DNA of 64,000 nt from Hyphomicrobiales bacterium (GCA_965215715.1 OZ244129.1:1364994-1428993), one strand, 5' to 3'; positions 39,104-48,801 are shown, counted from the stretch's first letter. Made by a program: numbers and translations. Notes: generated from the sequence alone by a model not told the origin.

Positions 39104-39129
39104 TTAATGAAGCATTAATCATCAATTAA
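39104..39129. promoter_or_regulatory. Overlapping double CtrA-type box
   Basis: TTAA-tgaagca-TTAA-tcatcaa-TTAA in the divergent zauP-like/gap intergenic region. Confidence 0.5.
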
Positions 39130-39280
39130 AGCTGCCAAACATTGTAAACCGCGACGAAATGGGCTATTGCGGTCCCCGAGACTTTTAGGCACAAGACCAT
39201 CAGCCGACAGCAGAAAAGGCGCATTTATAGAAAAAAACATTTAACAGCGCCCAAGAAAGAAGAGAATTTAGGAGATAAGT

Positions 39281-40291
39281 ATGGCACTTAAGGTTGCAAT
39301 TAATGGGTTTGGACGAATTGGACGGAATGTTTTGCGCGCCTATGCTGAAGCGGGCCGCCAAGATATTGAATTTGTAGCAATTAATGATTTAGGACCAATT
39401 GACACAACAGCCCATATGCTGCGTTATGACAGTGTTCATGGCCGCTATCCGGGTGAAGTGAAAGTCACAGAGGATAGCATTGATGTTGGCCAAGGGCCGA
39501 TTAAAGTTTTTGCCGAACGCGATCCATCCAACCTACCTTGGGGTGATCTTGGCGTTGATATTGTGATGGAATGCACAGGTATTTTCAGCGCAAAAGAAAA
39601 GGCAATGGCCCATATCACTGGCTCAGGGGCTAAAAAAGTTATCGTTTCAGCCCCATCATCCGGCGCGGACATCACTGTTGTTTACGGTGTTAACCACCAA
39701 GACATCTCTGCTGATCACCAGGTGATCTCAAACGCCTCATGTACAACCAACTGCTTGGCCCCTGTTGCAAAAGTTCTTAATGAACTTTGCGGCATTGATT
39801 GCGGCTTTGTCACAACCGTGCATGCCTACACAGCTGATCAACGCATCCACGATATGCCTCACAGTGACCTTAGACGTGCACGTGCTGCTGCCCTTTCAAT
39901 GGTGCCAACGTCAACTGGTGCAGCTAAGGCTGTTGGCCTTGTACTTCCTGAACTGGCAGGCAAACTTGATGGCACGGCTGTACGTGTACCAACACCAAAC
40001 GTTTCAATGATCGATATGAAATTCATTCCGGGCCGCGAAACATCTGTTGATGAGATCAACCAAGCCATGATTTCTGCTTCACAAAATGAGCTTAAAGGCG
40101 TTCTTGGCGTGGCAACTGAGCCATTGGTCTCCATTGACTTTAATCATATTGCTGAAAGCTCAACCTTTGATGTCAGCCAAACTCAGATTGTTGACGGCAA
40201 ACTCGTTCGCATTCTGTCATGGTATGATAATGAATGGGGCTTTTCTAACCGGATGCTTGATACAACCATTGAAGTTGGCAAATACCTTTAA
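39281..40291 (+). CDS. gap: Type I glyceraldehyde-3-phosphate dehydrogenase
   Basis: [41 protein letters not shown]. Confidence 0.99.
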   Translation: MALKVAINGFGRIGRNVLRAYAEAGRQDIEFVAINDLGPIDTTAHMLRYDSVHGRYPGEVKVTEDSIDVGQGPIKVFAERDPSNLPWGDLGVDIVMECTGIFSAKEKAMAHITGSGAKKVIVSAPSSGADITVVYGVNHQDISADHQVISNASCTTNCLAPVAKVLNELCGIDCGFVTTVHAYTADQRIHDMPHSDLRRARAAALSMVPTSTGAAKAVGLVLPELAGKLDGTAVRVPTPNVSMIDMKFIPGRETSVDEINQAMISASQNELKGVLGVATEPLVSIDFNHIAESSTFDVSQTQIVDGKLVRILSWYDNEWGFSNRMLDTTIEVGKYL

Positions 40292-40331
40292 GCTTTCGAT
40301 AAAGAGCTAGTAACTTTTTATAAGTGACGTT

Positions 40332-40372
40332 AAAAAGCCTTTTGGATGTAAATCATCCAAAAGGCTTTTTTG
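40332..40372 (+). terminator. Intrinsic terminator after gap
   Basis: AAAAAGCCTTTTGGATG-taaat-CATCCAAAAGGCTTTTTT. Confidence 0.9.
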
Positions 40373-40397
40373 TATAATAAATGATTGAGCAGTGACA

Positions 40398-41051
40398 ATG
40401 TCAGACCACCTCCCTATTCCCCAATTGTACTTCATTCTCGATCTGGCTCGATCTGGCGATCCTCTGCGCGAGATTGAAGCGGCTCTACAAGTTACCCCGA
40501 TCGCCTCCCTTTTAATCAAAGACACACCGCAAACTGATATTGCCCAAGATTTGGTTAAAGCTTTGCAAGCTCACAATATTGCCGTTCTTCTTGAGGATAG
40601 TGACAAAGTAAGGGCTCTTAAGGCAGATGGCGTTCACTTAAACACAGATGAACCTTGCGACTTTGAGCAGGTAAAACAACGAATTGATGACAATGACATC
40701 ATTGGGGTTAGCCCGCAATCGTCTCGCCATGGCGCTATGACCATTGCAGAACAAGGGGCAAGTTACATTGCCATTGAGGCGAGGGGTTCCAACACAAATG
40801 ATGAAAACGAACAACAAATGATGGATGAAAACCAATTAGCCCCGACCATAGACTGGTGGGTGGCCCTATTTGAAACCCCGTGTGTTGCTTGGCATATTGA
40901 GACCATTGAGGCTGCTTTAACAGCGCAGCAAATGGGGGCTGATTTTCTGGCCCTTGCTCCTACATATTGGCAACAAGGGCAAAACACATTTGACGTCATC
41001 CAAGAGTTACAAACTGCATTGACCGAAAACGCAATAGAACAAAATAATTGA
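40398..41051 (+). CDS. Thiamine-phosphate synthase (TMP-TENI) family, degenerate paralog
   Basis: KADGVHL, IIGVS...SRHGAMTIAEQGASYIA, GADFLAL; canonical QxRxK/ND/TxTK motifs are not recognisable. Confidence 0.65.
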   Translation: MSDHLPIPQLYFILDLARSGDPLREIEAALQVTPIASLLIKDTPQTDIAQDLVKALQAHNIAVLLEDSDKVRALKADGVHLNTDEPCDFEQVKQRIDDNDIIGVSPQSSRHGAMTIAEQGASYIAIEARGSNTNDENEQQMMDENQLAPTIDWWVALFETPCVAWHIETIEAALTAQQMGADFLALAPTYWQQGQNTFDVIQELQTALTENAIEQNN

Positions 41052-42034
41052 AAATTTTCATGACCAGCGCTCTTCTTTATAAGCCAAGCTTTAAACACCT
41101 GTTGTTATTGATGTTCGTAACAACAAGCCTCTTCATGTGTCCGCTCACCTTGCTTGCAGAAAAAGGGCAAGCTGAAAAGAAAGCGGCACCGGCTTTGGGT
41201 GAACAGGCTTATCTTGCCTTTGAAGAAGGCAAGTATTTAACGGCTCTTAAATTAGCCAAGCAGGCGGCGAAGAAGGGGCAAGTGAATGCCTATACGCTCA
41301 TTGGGCGCATTTACGCTGGCGGGCTAGGCGTGCCCAAAGATATGAAAGTGGCGGCCCAGTGGTATGAAAAGGCGGCTGAAAGAGACGATGTTCATGCTCT
41401 GGTTGCCTTGGGTCGTCAATACGCTTTAGGCGAAGGGGTCAAACGCGTTCCGATGAAGGCTGCGAACCTTTTTGAAAAAGCAGCCATTAAGGGTGAACCA
41501 CAGGCCCAATACAACCTTGCCTTAATCTACGCCAATGGCAATGGGCGCAAAACAGACCTGTATGAAGCCTTTAAATGGATGCAAAAGGCCGCCCAAAACG
41601 ACCTTGCCGTTGCCCAGTATAATCTGGGAACCCTTTATGCCATAGGGCGCGGCACCCAAAAAGATTTAACAAAAGCGGCCCTTTGGACTGGCAAAGCCGC
41701 CAGAGCGGGGCTTTCGGACGCTGAGCTGGATTATGCCATCATGCTGTTTAAAGGGCGCGGGGTGGAAAAGGATGTTAAGGCGTCTTTTCGCTTTTTTAGA
41801 AGCAGTGCTTTTAAAGGCAACCCGGTGGCGCAAAACCGGCTGGCCCGCCTTTATGCCTATGGCATCGGCACTGAACCAGACCCGGTGGAAGCTGCCAAAT
41901 GGCACATGATCGCCCGCCAAGCCGGGGTGAGCGATATAAAGATGGATTTGTTTATCGTCAATCTGCCAAAAGATATGAAGCAAAAAGCTCAGGCAAAGGT
42001 CGATGAGTTACAAGGAACCAATGGGCTTTACTAA
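41048..42034 (+). CDS. Exported Sel1-repeat protein
   Basis: Signal peptide and about six Sel1 repeats (e.g. AQYNLALIYANGNGRKTDLYEAFKWMQKAA). Confidence 0.92.
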   Translation: MKIFMTSALLYKPSFKHLLLLMFVTTSLFMCPLTLLAEKGQAEKKAAPALGEQAYLAFEEGKYLTALKLAKQAAKKGQVNAYTLIGRIYAGGLGVPKDMKVAAQWYEKAAERDDVHALVALGRQYALGEGVKRVPMKAANLFEKAAIKGEPQAQYNLALIYANGNGRKTDLYEAFKWMQKAAQNDLAVAQYNLGTLYAIGRGTQKDLTKAALWTGKAARAGLSDAELDYAIMLFKGRGVEKDVKASFRFFRSSAFKGNPVAQNRLARLYAYGIGTEPDPVEAAKWHMIARQAGVSDIKMDLFIVNLPKDMKQKAQAKVDELQGTNGLY

Positions 42035-42165
42035 AAAGGGGGGGGTATTCGGCAACATCATAGCCAACGCCCCAATTAACCGATCTGCTTTCCTCACATA
42101 AAATATGCATAACCTTGCCATTTTAAACAGATCAAATATGATCATGTTTCCAACAGAGGTGGCAA

Positions 42166-42936
42166 GTGGTGCACAAGAAAGAGAAGCATTATACAGGCTG
42201 GGGTATTCTGGTTCAAACAGCCATCATCATAGCTCTTTGTGCCCACTCCTATTTTCCCCTTCAAATTTCAGCGATCATGACCTCTTATTATTCGCTTTTT
42301 TTAGCGTTAACTGTGATTGGCTTACCGCTGATGATCGCTGGCCCGTTGGGTGGTTGGAAATTTCACGAACCATCACACCTGTTATACCAATACCTTCCGG
42401 CCCCCATTCTCATCTCGCTCCTTTTAGCTGGGATCACTTATTTTAAATTAGCACATGACCTACCCAATTGGCTTTTCATATTCATTACCCTGTGTCTTGT
42501 TTTATGGTACTTAAGCTACAAAGGATATAATTGCCCAAGCTGCAATATGCCTATGACATTAGCAAACTTGGAAAAAAGAAATCCGGCCAAGGTTGGAGAC
42601 TGGAGCACGATTAAATATCAAGCTTTAAAATGTCGCTTTTGTCTTAGGGAAGTCGATAAAGATTTTTTTAAACAACGGCATGAACAAAAACTCAAACACA
42701 GTGAAAACCTTCAACAACTGAAATCCATCAATGAAAATGATTTGTTTAATATTGCTAGCCGTCAGGTGATTTCTGAAAAAGGATATGACCCTGATAAAAT
42801 AATGGATCAGCTGTCCCATATGTCTGAAACAGAACGCATGGCTTTTGTGGAACAAACAAAGACAGATGTTGAGGAACGAATACAACAAATCAAACGCGAT
42901 ATTGTTGATGGAAAATACAACCCGGCAAATCAATAA
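42166..42936 (+). CDS. Hypothetical membrane protein with CxxC...CxxC zinc ribbon and C-terminal helical tail
   Basis: About four TM helices, YNCPSCN and LKCRFCL, AT-rich codons; GTG start with AGAGG RBS. Confidence 0.6.
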   Translation: MVHKKEKHYTGWGILVQTAIIIALCAHSYFPLQISAIMTSYYSLFLALTVIGLPLMIAGPLGGWKFHEPSHLLYQYLPAPILISLLLAGITYFKLAHDLPNWLFIFITLCLVLWYLSYKGYNCPSCNMPMTLANLEKRNPAKVGDWSTIKYQALKCRFCLREVDKDFFKQRHEQKLKHSENLQQLKSINENDLFNIASRQVISEKGYDPDKIMDQLSHMSETERMAFVEQTKTDVEERIQQIKRDIVDGKYNPANQ

Positions 42937-43087
42937 GGCGAGTGTCTTGCCAAGAATGGTTAATATCATGCCCCTTGACGCCCCTTCAAATACCCCCTAA
43001 AGCAAAAGCTCCAATTTTGACCGTTTCCAAGGATTGTGCAGCCAGTGCAAAAACCAAAGGGAAACGAGAGACTTAAAGGCTACGCGC

Positions 43088-43651
43088 ATGAAAATTAATG
43101 GCAATGAAATCCGCCCAGGCAATGTTATCCAGCACAAGGGGGGGCTTTGGGCAGCTGTCAAAACCCAGGCTGTCAAACCGGGCAAAGGCGGCGCCTTTAA
43201 CCAGGTGGAACTTAAAAACCTCATTGATGGTACCAAATTGAATGAACGCTTTCGCGCCTCTGAGACGGTTGAGCGCGTTCGTCTTGAACAAAAGGATCAT
43301 CAGTTTTTATATGCTGAAGGCGACATGATGGTTTTCATGGATTTGGAGTCTTATGAGCAAATCGAGTTGGAACGCGATTTTATTGGCGAGCGTGCTGCGT
43401 TTTTGCAAGATAATATGAATGTTGTCCTTGAAAGCCATGAAGGCAAACCAATTGGCATTTCATTGCCAGACCAAGTGACCTTGGAAATCACTGAAGCTGA
43501 ACCCGTTGTGAAAGGGCAAACAGCGGCCTCTTCTAACAAACCAGCCATTTTAGAAAATGGCATGCGCGTCATGGTGCCGCCTTTTATTAGTGTTGGTGAA
43601 AAAGTAGTTATTGATACCAATGAAATGATTTATCTGCGCCGGGCAGATTAA
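43088..43651 (+). CDS. efp: Elongation factor P (Lys34 type)
   Basis: [34 protein letters not shown] at 43088. Confidence 0.98.
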   Translation: MKINGNEIRPGNVIQHKGGLWAAVKTQAVKPGKGGAFNQVELKNLIDGTKLNERFRASETVERVRLEQKDHQFLYAEGDMMVFMDLESYEQIELERDFIGERAAFLQDNMNVVLESHEGKPIGISLPDQVTLEITEAEPVVKGQTAASSNKPAILENGMRVMVPPFISVGEKVVIDTNEMIYLRRAD

Positions 43652-43695
43652 TGAAATCTTTTTAGCCATTTTAAATTTTTAAGGAACCTAAGTTC

Positions 43696-44487
43696 GTGCC
43701 CGCATCTGCTTTAATGAACGTTATGACCAATGCTGCGCGCAAAGCCAGCCGCCGGTTAATCAGAGACTTTAATGAAGTTGAACAATTGCAAGTCTCTGTC
43801 AAAGGTCCTTCTGACTTTGTCAGCCAAGCCGATTTGGCGTGTGAGAAGACCTTGTTTGAAGAGCTCTCAAAGGCCAGGGAAGGCTATGGCTTTTTAATGG
43901 AGGAACAAGGCACCGTACAAGGGGCTGATAAAACCCACCGCTGGATCATCGACCCGCTTGATGGGACCACAAACTTTTTGCACGGCATCCCCCTTTTTGC
44001 TATCTCCATTGCGTTAGAGCGTGAGGGTGAGCTGGTTGCCGGCATTGTCTACAACCCGGCAATGGATGAGATTTTCACAGCTGAGCGCGGCAAAGGGGCG
44101 TTTTTAAATGACCGGCGCATCCGTGTTGCTGGGCGCAAATATTTATCCGAGTGTGTCACTGTTACTGGCATTCCACATCGAGGCAAGAGCGGGCATGAGC
44201 AAATGATAAATGAACAACGCGCCATCATGCGTGAGGCCTCTGGCGTGCGGCGCACCGGCTCTGCGGCACTTGATTTGGCTTGGACGGCGGCTGGGCGGTT
44301 TGACGCTTATTGGGAGCGCAACCTCCAAGCTTGGGATGTGGCAGCTGGCATCTTGTTGGTGCGTGAGGCTGGCGGCATGGTAACTGACTTAGAGGGTGGC
44401 AACACAATGCTGGAAACCGGGGATATTTTGGCCGCAAACACCCCTATTCACAAGGCTATGACAAAAGTTCTGAACCAGGCAGATTAG
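43696..44487 (+). CDS. suhB: Inositol monophosphatase family protein
   Basis: DFVSQAD, WIIDPLDGTTNF, GSAALDLA, WDVAAG. Confidence 0.95.
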   Translation: MPASALMNVMTNAARKASRRLIRDFNEVEQLQVSVKGPSDFVSQADLACEKTLFEELSKAREGYGFLMEEQGTVQGADKTHRWIIDPLDGTTNFLHGIPLFAISIALEREGELVAGIVYNPAMDEIFTAERGKGAFLNDRRIRVAGRKYLSECVTVTGIPHRGKSGHEQMINEQRAIMREASGVRRTGSAALDLAWTAAGRFDAYWERNLQAWDVAAGILLVREAGGMVTDLEGGNTMLETGDILAANTPIHKAMTKVLNQAD

Positions 44488-44705
44488 ACAAGAACAGTGA
44501 AAAAACGCAAAAGCGCCATGAATGCCTCTTAACAATTTGAAAAGACAAAATTTGATTTTACATAATTTTAGGCTAATGTTGAGCTCATTGATCAAAAATA
44601 AGGGAGCGTGCCCACCCACTTTTCAACCGCTAATTATTTAAATTCATTGATTTTTTATAATTCAGCAAAGCAAAAGCAGGCGTTTGAGCTGGGCGTGAAA
44701 AAAGT

Positions 44706-45686
44706 GTGTCAAAAGCAATAGTAACGGTTTCTAAGCCAGGCGTATATTTATGGCGGATGATTGTTTTTTTGATCCTTATTGGTTTTCTCGTGGCCATATT
44801 AACCGGCCAAATTAAAACCGCCTTTATGGCCAACCCGGCCCTTAACGGCATGATTGTCGCTGTTTTGCTTATCGGTACTTTGTTTGCCATTGGGCAAATT
44901 TTGCGTCTTTATCCTGAAATTCGCTGGATCAATAATTTCCGTTTTGCGGACCCTGGCAGCACACGCGGCTCAAAACCACCCAAACTTCTTGCAAGCATGG
45001 CCAATATGCTGCGCAATCAAGCTGGACCGTTAAGCCTTTCCACCAATGTTACCAGCTCTATTCTGGATGGTGTTGGCTCTCGCCTTGATGAGGCCAGAGA
45101 CACTGCGCGTTACTTAGTCGGCCTTCTTATCTTCCTTGGCTTGCTTGGTACTTTCTGGGGGTTGCTTGAAACCATTCAATCAGTTGGTTCAACCATCAGC
45201 GCGCTTGACACCTCTGGCAATAATGTTGGCGTGTTCACTGCCTTGAAAGAAGGTTTGCAAGCGCCGCTACAAGGCATGGGTACCGCCTTTTCCTCTTCTT
45301 TGTTTGGTCTTGCTGGCTCGCTTATTCTGGGCTTTCTTGATTTGCAAGCAGGCCAGGCGCAAAATCGTTTTTATCACGAGACAGAAGAATGGCTTGCCAG
45401 CATGACAGTGGTCTCGGCTGATCAATCAGATGGCGTGCCGCAGCAAAATTTTGCCAATATGACAGAGCTGACCCAAACGTTGGCCAACATTGCTCATAGA
45501 ATGGAGCAAGGCAATGCCGGTATGGTTAGCCAATCAGGTACAAACATAGCTGATACTTTAGAAGCTATGGTCAATCAAATGCGGGCCGAACAAAAGGTTG
45601 TGCGCCAATGGATTGATGAGCAGGCCAATCAAAATTCTGAAATGCGCCACTTAATGGCAGAACTCATGAAAACCAGAGGACGCTAA
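44706..45686 (+). CDS. MotA/TolQ/ExbB-like ion-channel subunit
   Basis: LIFLGLLGTFWGL and LQGMGTAFSSSLFGLAGSL TM motifs; cytoplasmic helical tail. Confidence 0.85.
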   Translation: MSKAIVTVSKPGVYLWRMIVFLILIGFLVAILTGQIKTAFMANPALNGMIVAVLLIGTLFAIGQILRLYPEIRWINNFRFADPGSTRGSKPPKLLASMANMLRNQAGPLSLSTNVTSSILDGVGSRLDEARDTARYLVGLLIFLGLLGTFWGLLETIQSVGSTISALDTSGNNVGVFTALKEGLQAPLQGMGTAFSSSLFGLAGSLILGFLDLQAGQAQNRFYHETEEWLASMTVVSADQSDGVPQQNFANMTELTQTLANIAHRMEQGNAGMVSQSGTNIADTLEAMVNQMRAEQKVVRQWIDEQANQNSEMRHLMAELMKTRGR

Positions 45687-45689
45687 ACC

Positions 45690-46721
45690 ATGGCTTTTGG
45701 GCGCGCCCGGCGGCGTTATAATGATGGGGGCTCTTACTGGCCTGGCTTTGTGGATGCTATGGCCACATTGCTGCTCGTCATGACATTCTTGCTGTCGATT
45801 TTGTCTGTCGCGCAATATTTTGTCACCCAGGAAGCCACTGGCAAAGACAATGCGCTGCAGCGCTTAAACCAGCAAATTTTAGAACTTACTGATTTGTTGG
45901 CTTTGGAAAAGAACGAACGTAAGGGGCTTGAATCAAGCTTGGCTTTGCTAAAAGCCACATTGGCTGACAGCCAATCTAAGAACAAAGAATTGCAAGGTCT
46001 GATTGGTCTTGGTGATGATAAAACCAAAACCGCTCAATTGGAAATTGCTGAGCTTAACAAACGGCTTAAAGGGGAAAAGGAGCTGTCTGAAGAGGCCAGC
46101 GCCCAGGTGGCATTGCTTAACCAACAGATGGCCGCCTTGCGGCGCCAGATTGCAGCGCTGAACGAAGCGCTTGAGGCTTCTGAGAAAAAGGACCAAGAAC
46201 AACAAGACCGGATTAAAGATCTTGGCGCTCGCCTGAATGTGGCCCTGGCCAAACGGGTGCAAGAGCTTAGCTCTTACCGCTCAGACTTTTTTGGCCGTTT
46301 GCGCAAATTACTTGGTAACCGGCCTGGCATTCGGGTTGTCGGTGACCGGTTTGTGTTCCAATCTGAGGTCTTGTTTCCTTCAGGCTCTGATATTCTCAAC
46401 CCTGCAGGCCAGGTTGAAATGAGCAAACTGGCTTCCGCTCTTATTGAAATTGGGCAAGAAATTCCGCCCAACATCAATTGGGTGCTGCGCGTTGATGGGC
46501 ACACCGACAAACAACCGATTAACACACCGACCTTCCCTTCTAACTGGGAATTGTCTTCCGCACGCGCGATATCTGTGGTGCGCCATCTGATTGAGCAGGG
46601 TGTGCCTTCACGACGGCTTGTGGCGGCAGGCTTTGGCGAGTTCCAACCGCTTGACCCGAATGAGTCGGTAGAGGCTTTTGCTAAAAACCGCCGTATTGAA
46701 TTAAAACTAACTGAAAAGTAA
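45690..46721 (+). CDS. MotB-like protein: TM with Asp, long coiled coil, OmpA-type PG-binding domain
   Basis: YWPGFVDAMATLLLV; VLFPSGS, VDGHTD, SNWELSSARA, NRRIE. Confidence 0.88.
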   Translation: MAFGRARRRYNDGGSYWPGFVDAMATLLLVMTFLLSILSVAQYFVTQEATGKDNALQRLNQQILELTDLLALEKNERKGLESSLALLKATLADSQSKNKELQGLIGLGDDKTKTAQLEIAELNKRLKGEKELSEEASAQVALLNQQMAALRRQIAALNEALEASEKKDQEQQDRIKDLGARLNVALAKRVQELSSYRSDFFGRLRKLLGNRPGIRVVGDRFVFQSEVLFPSGSDILNPAGQVEMSKLASALIEIGQEIPPNINWVLRVDGHTDKQPINTPTFPSNWELSSARAISVVRHLIEQGVPSRRLVAAGFGEFQPLDPNESVEAFAKNRRIELKLTEK

Positions 46722-46761
46722 GCGCCTGGAAGTTAAAGCACGCGGCACCCTCTTTTTTTAC

Positions 46762-46941
46762 TTAGAGCATTGTCACATTGTTTTGAATTCAAAGTCATGC
46801 TCTATCTTCTTGTTTATGCGTGTCTTTTTTCTTGGCGCTTTAGATTGCCCACCAACAACCGCTTTCTTGGCGCTTTAGATTGCCCACCAACAACCGCGCT
46901 ATTTCACAAAACCGGTACCACTTTTGCGCGACACGCACTAG
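46762..46941. repeat. BRU-RS/RIME-like repeat, modules A+B, carrying an internal 2 x 35-bp tandem insert
   Basis: TAGAGCAT..ATGCTCTA, then GCGTGTC, then (TTTCTTGGCGCTTTAGATTGCCCACCAACAACCGC)x2 at 46828..46897, then CACAAAACCGGTACCACTTTTGCGCGACACGCACTAG. Confidence 0.88.
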
Positions 46942-48728
46942 TGATCGGCCTGCAATTGCGTTTGAGCAAGTTTGGCATAAACGCCGCCGCGCTCCACCAA
47001 AGCGCTATGCGTGCCCTCTTCCACAATACGTCCCTGATCAAGAACAAAAATACGGTCGGCATTCATTACCGTTGAAAGCCGATGGGCAATGATAAAGCTG
47101 GTGCGACCGGCCATAAGCTCTTGTAGCGCTTTTTGCACCTTTTCCTCATTTTGCGCATCAAGAGCGCTTGTGGCTTCATCAAGCAATAAGATGGGTGCCT
47201 CATGCAAAATGGCGCGTGCCAGGGCAAGCCTTTGGCGCTGGCCGCCAGACAAGCTTTGCCCGCCCTCACCAACGAAGGTGTCATAGCCCTTGTCAAACCG
47301 ATTGATAAAATCATCAGCTTGGGCCGCTTTTGCTGCCTTTATCACACTGTCTTTTGAAGCGCCGGGCCTGGCAAAGGCGATGTTGTCATAAACGCTGGCA
47401 TCAAATAGGGCTGGTTCTTGTGGTACCAAAGCAAATTGAGCGCGCAAATCATCTAAAGAAACGTCCTCGATGGGCACACCATCGAGCAAAACCTGTCCTG
47501 CACCGGGATCATAAAAGCGCAACAGCAACTGAAACAATGTGCTTTTCCCTGCTCCAGAGCTGCCAACTATGGCCACTTGTTCGCCAGGTTGAACCGAAAA
47601 GCTAATGCCATCTAGCACCACATTTTCTTGCCGTGTTGGATAAGAAAAACTCACATTTTCAAAAGAAATTTGCCCCCGGACATCGCCTTCAAACTTTTTG
47701 GCATCTTGCTTTTCTTTAACGTGTGATGACAAATCTAGGAACGCTGTTAAGCGGTCTGCGGCACCAGCTGCCTGGGCCACTTCCCCCCAAACTTCGCTTA
47801 GCGCCCCCATGGCACCGCCAGCAAAAACCGCATAGAGCATGAATTGCACTAATGCCCCTGGGCTCATTGCCCCGGTCATGACATCATGAGCGCCATACCA
47901 TAAAATAAAGACGATGCTTGCCATCACCAAGAAAATGGCAATGGCTGTTAACACAGCGCGTGCCTTGGTGCGCACCAAACCGGCATCAACGGCTTGCTCA
48001 TTGCTGTTTGAAAATTTTTCAATCACTTGGTTTTGAGCGCCAAAGGCTTGCACTGTGCGCACATTTAAGAGCGCTTCAGAACCATATTGATTTAACCCGG
48101 CCAACACATCTTGGGCCTTGCCTGATAAACGGCGGACCATGCGCCCATAAAATACCAGCGGCAACACAACGATTGGGATGGCGCAAATCACCATGAAGGA
48201 GAGCGAGGGAGAGGAGACAACCATCATCACCAGCCCGCCAATGAATACCAACATATTGCGCAGCGCTTGGCTAACATTGGAGCGGATGGCTGTGTTGATC
48301 AAAGTTGTATCTGCGGCCATGCGAGACATAATCTCACCTGAATGGTTTTGATCATAAAAAGCGCCGCTGAATGAAATCAGTTTTTGAAAAACGTCGTGCT
48401 TAAGATCAGCAACCAAGCGCTCTCCAAGCCAATAAGCGCAATAAAACCTCAATGACGAGGCCAGCGCCAAAATCGTGACAATGCCCAACAGCAATTGAAA
48501 ATACCCATCAATAACAGCTCCATCACGACCAACAAAACCTTGGTCTATCACCAGACGAATGGCAAAGGGTAAAGCCAGGGTTGAAAGGGCTGCAACCAAT
48601 AGCGCCCCTAAAGACAGTGCAACCATAACCGGGTATCGGCGCAGATAAGGCATCAAACGTAAAAGGGAATAAGTTTTGGGCTTAGACGTTTCGTCGCTCT
48701 TTATTTTTTTATCAGACTCTTGCAGCAC
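46938..48728 (-). CDS. ABC exporter, fused TMD-NBD (MsbA/ABCB-like)
   Basis: Six TM segments, GSSGAGKST, LSGGQRQR, LLLDEATSALD, IIAHRLST. Confidence 0.93.
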   Translation of the reverse strand: MLQESDKKIKSDETSKPKTYSLLRLMPYLRRYPVMVALSLGALLVAALSTLALPFAIRLVIDQGFVGRDGAVIDGYFQLLLGIVTILALASSLRFYCAYWLGERLVADLKHDVFQKLISFSGAFYDQNHSGEIMSRMAADTTLINTAIRSNVSQALRNMLVFIGGLVMMVVSSPSLSFMVICAIPIVVLPLVFYGRMVRRLSGKAQDVLAGLNQYGSEALLNVRTVQAFGAQNQVIEKFSNSNEQAVDAGLVRTKARAVLTAIAIFLVMASIVFILWYGAHDVMTGAMSPGALVQFMLYAVFAGGAMGALSEVWGEVAQAAGAADRLTAFLDLSSHVKEKQDAKKFEGDVRGQISFENVSFSYPTRQENVVLDGISFSVQPGEQVAIVGSSGAGKSTLFQLLLRFYDPGAGQVLLDGVPIEDVSLDDLRAQFALVPQEPALFDASVYDNIAFARPGASKDSVIKAAKAAQADDFINRFDKGYDTFVGEGGQSLSGGQRQRLALARAILHEAPILLLDEATSALDAQNEEKVQKALQELMAGRTSFIIAHRLSTVMNADRIFVLDQGRIVEEGTHSALVERGGVYAKLAQTQLQADH

Positions 48729-48749
48729 AACTGTTATCAGATCATTTAA

Positions 48750-48801
48750 CTAGAGCGCTGCTCCTTTAAAGGGTAACACCGTTTTTAAAAATACGCTCTA
48801 A
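48750..48801. repeat. Degenerate BRU-RS/RIME-like repeat, reverse orientation
   Basis: CTAGAGCG...CGCTCTAA; the reverse complement contains AAAACGGTGTTACCCTTTAAAGGAGCAGCGCTCTAG. Confidence 0.65.

Noticed and set aside
44706-46721. Zorya (ZorAB) defence system call
   Set aside because: No zorC/D/E, a short MotA-like tail, and a housekeeping neighbourhood; kept only as an unexplained motor.
46828-46897. Possible mini-CRISPR (35-bp repeats)
   Set aside because: Repeats are directly adjacent with no spacer, and there are no cas genes.
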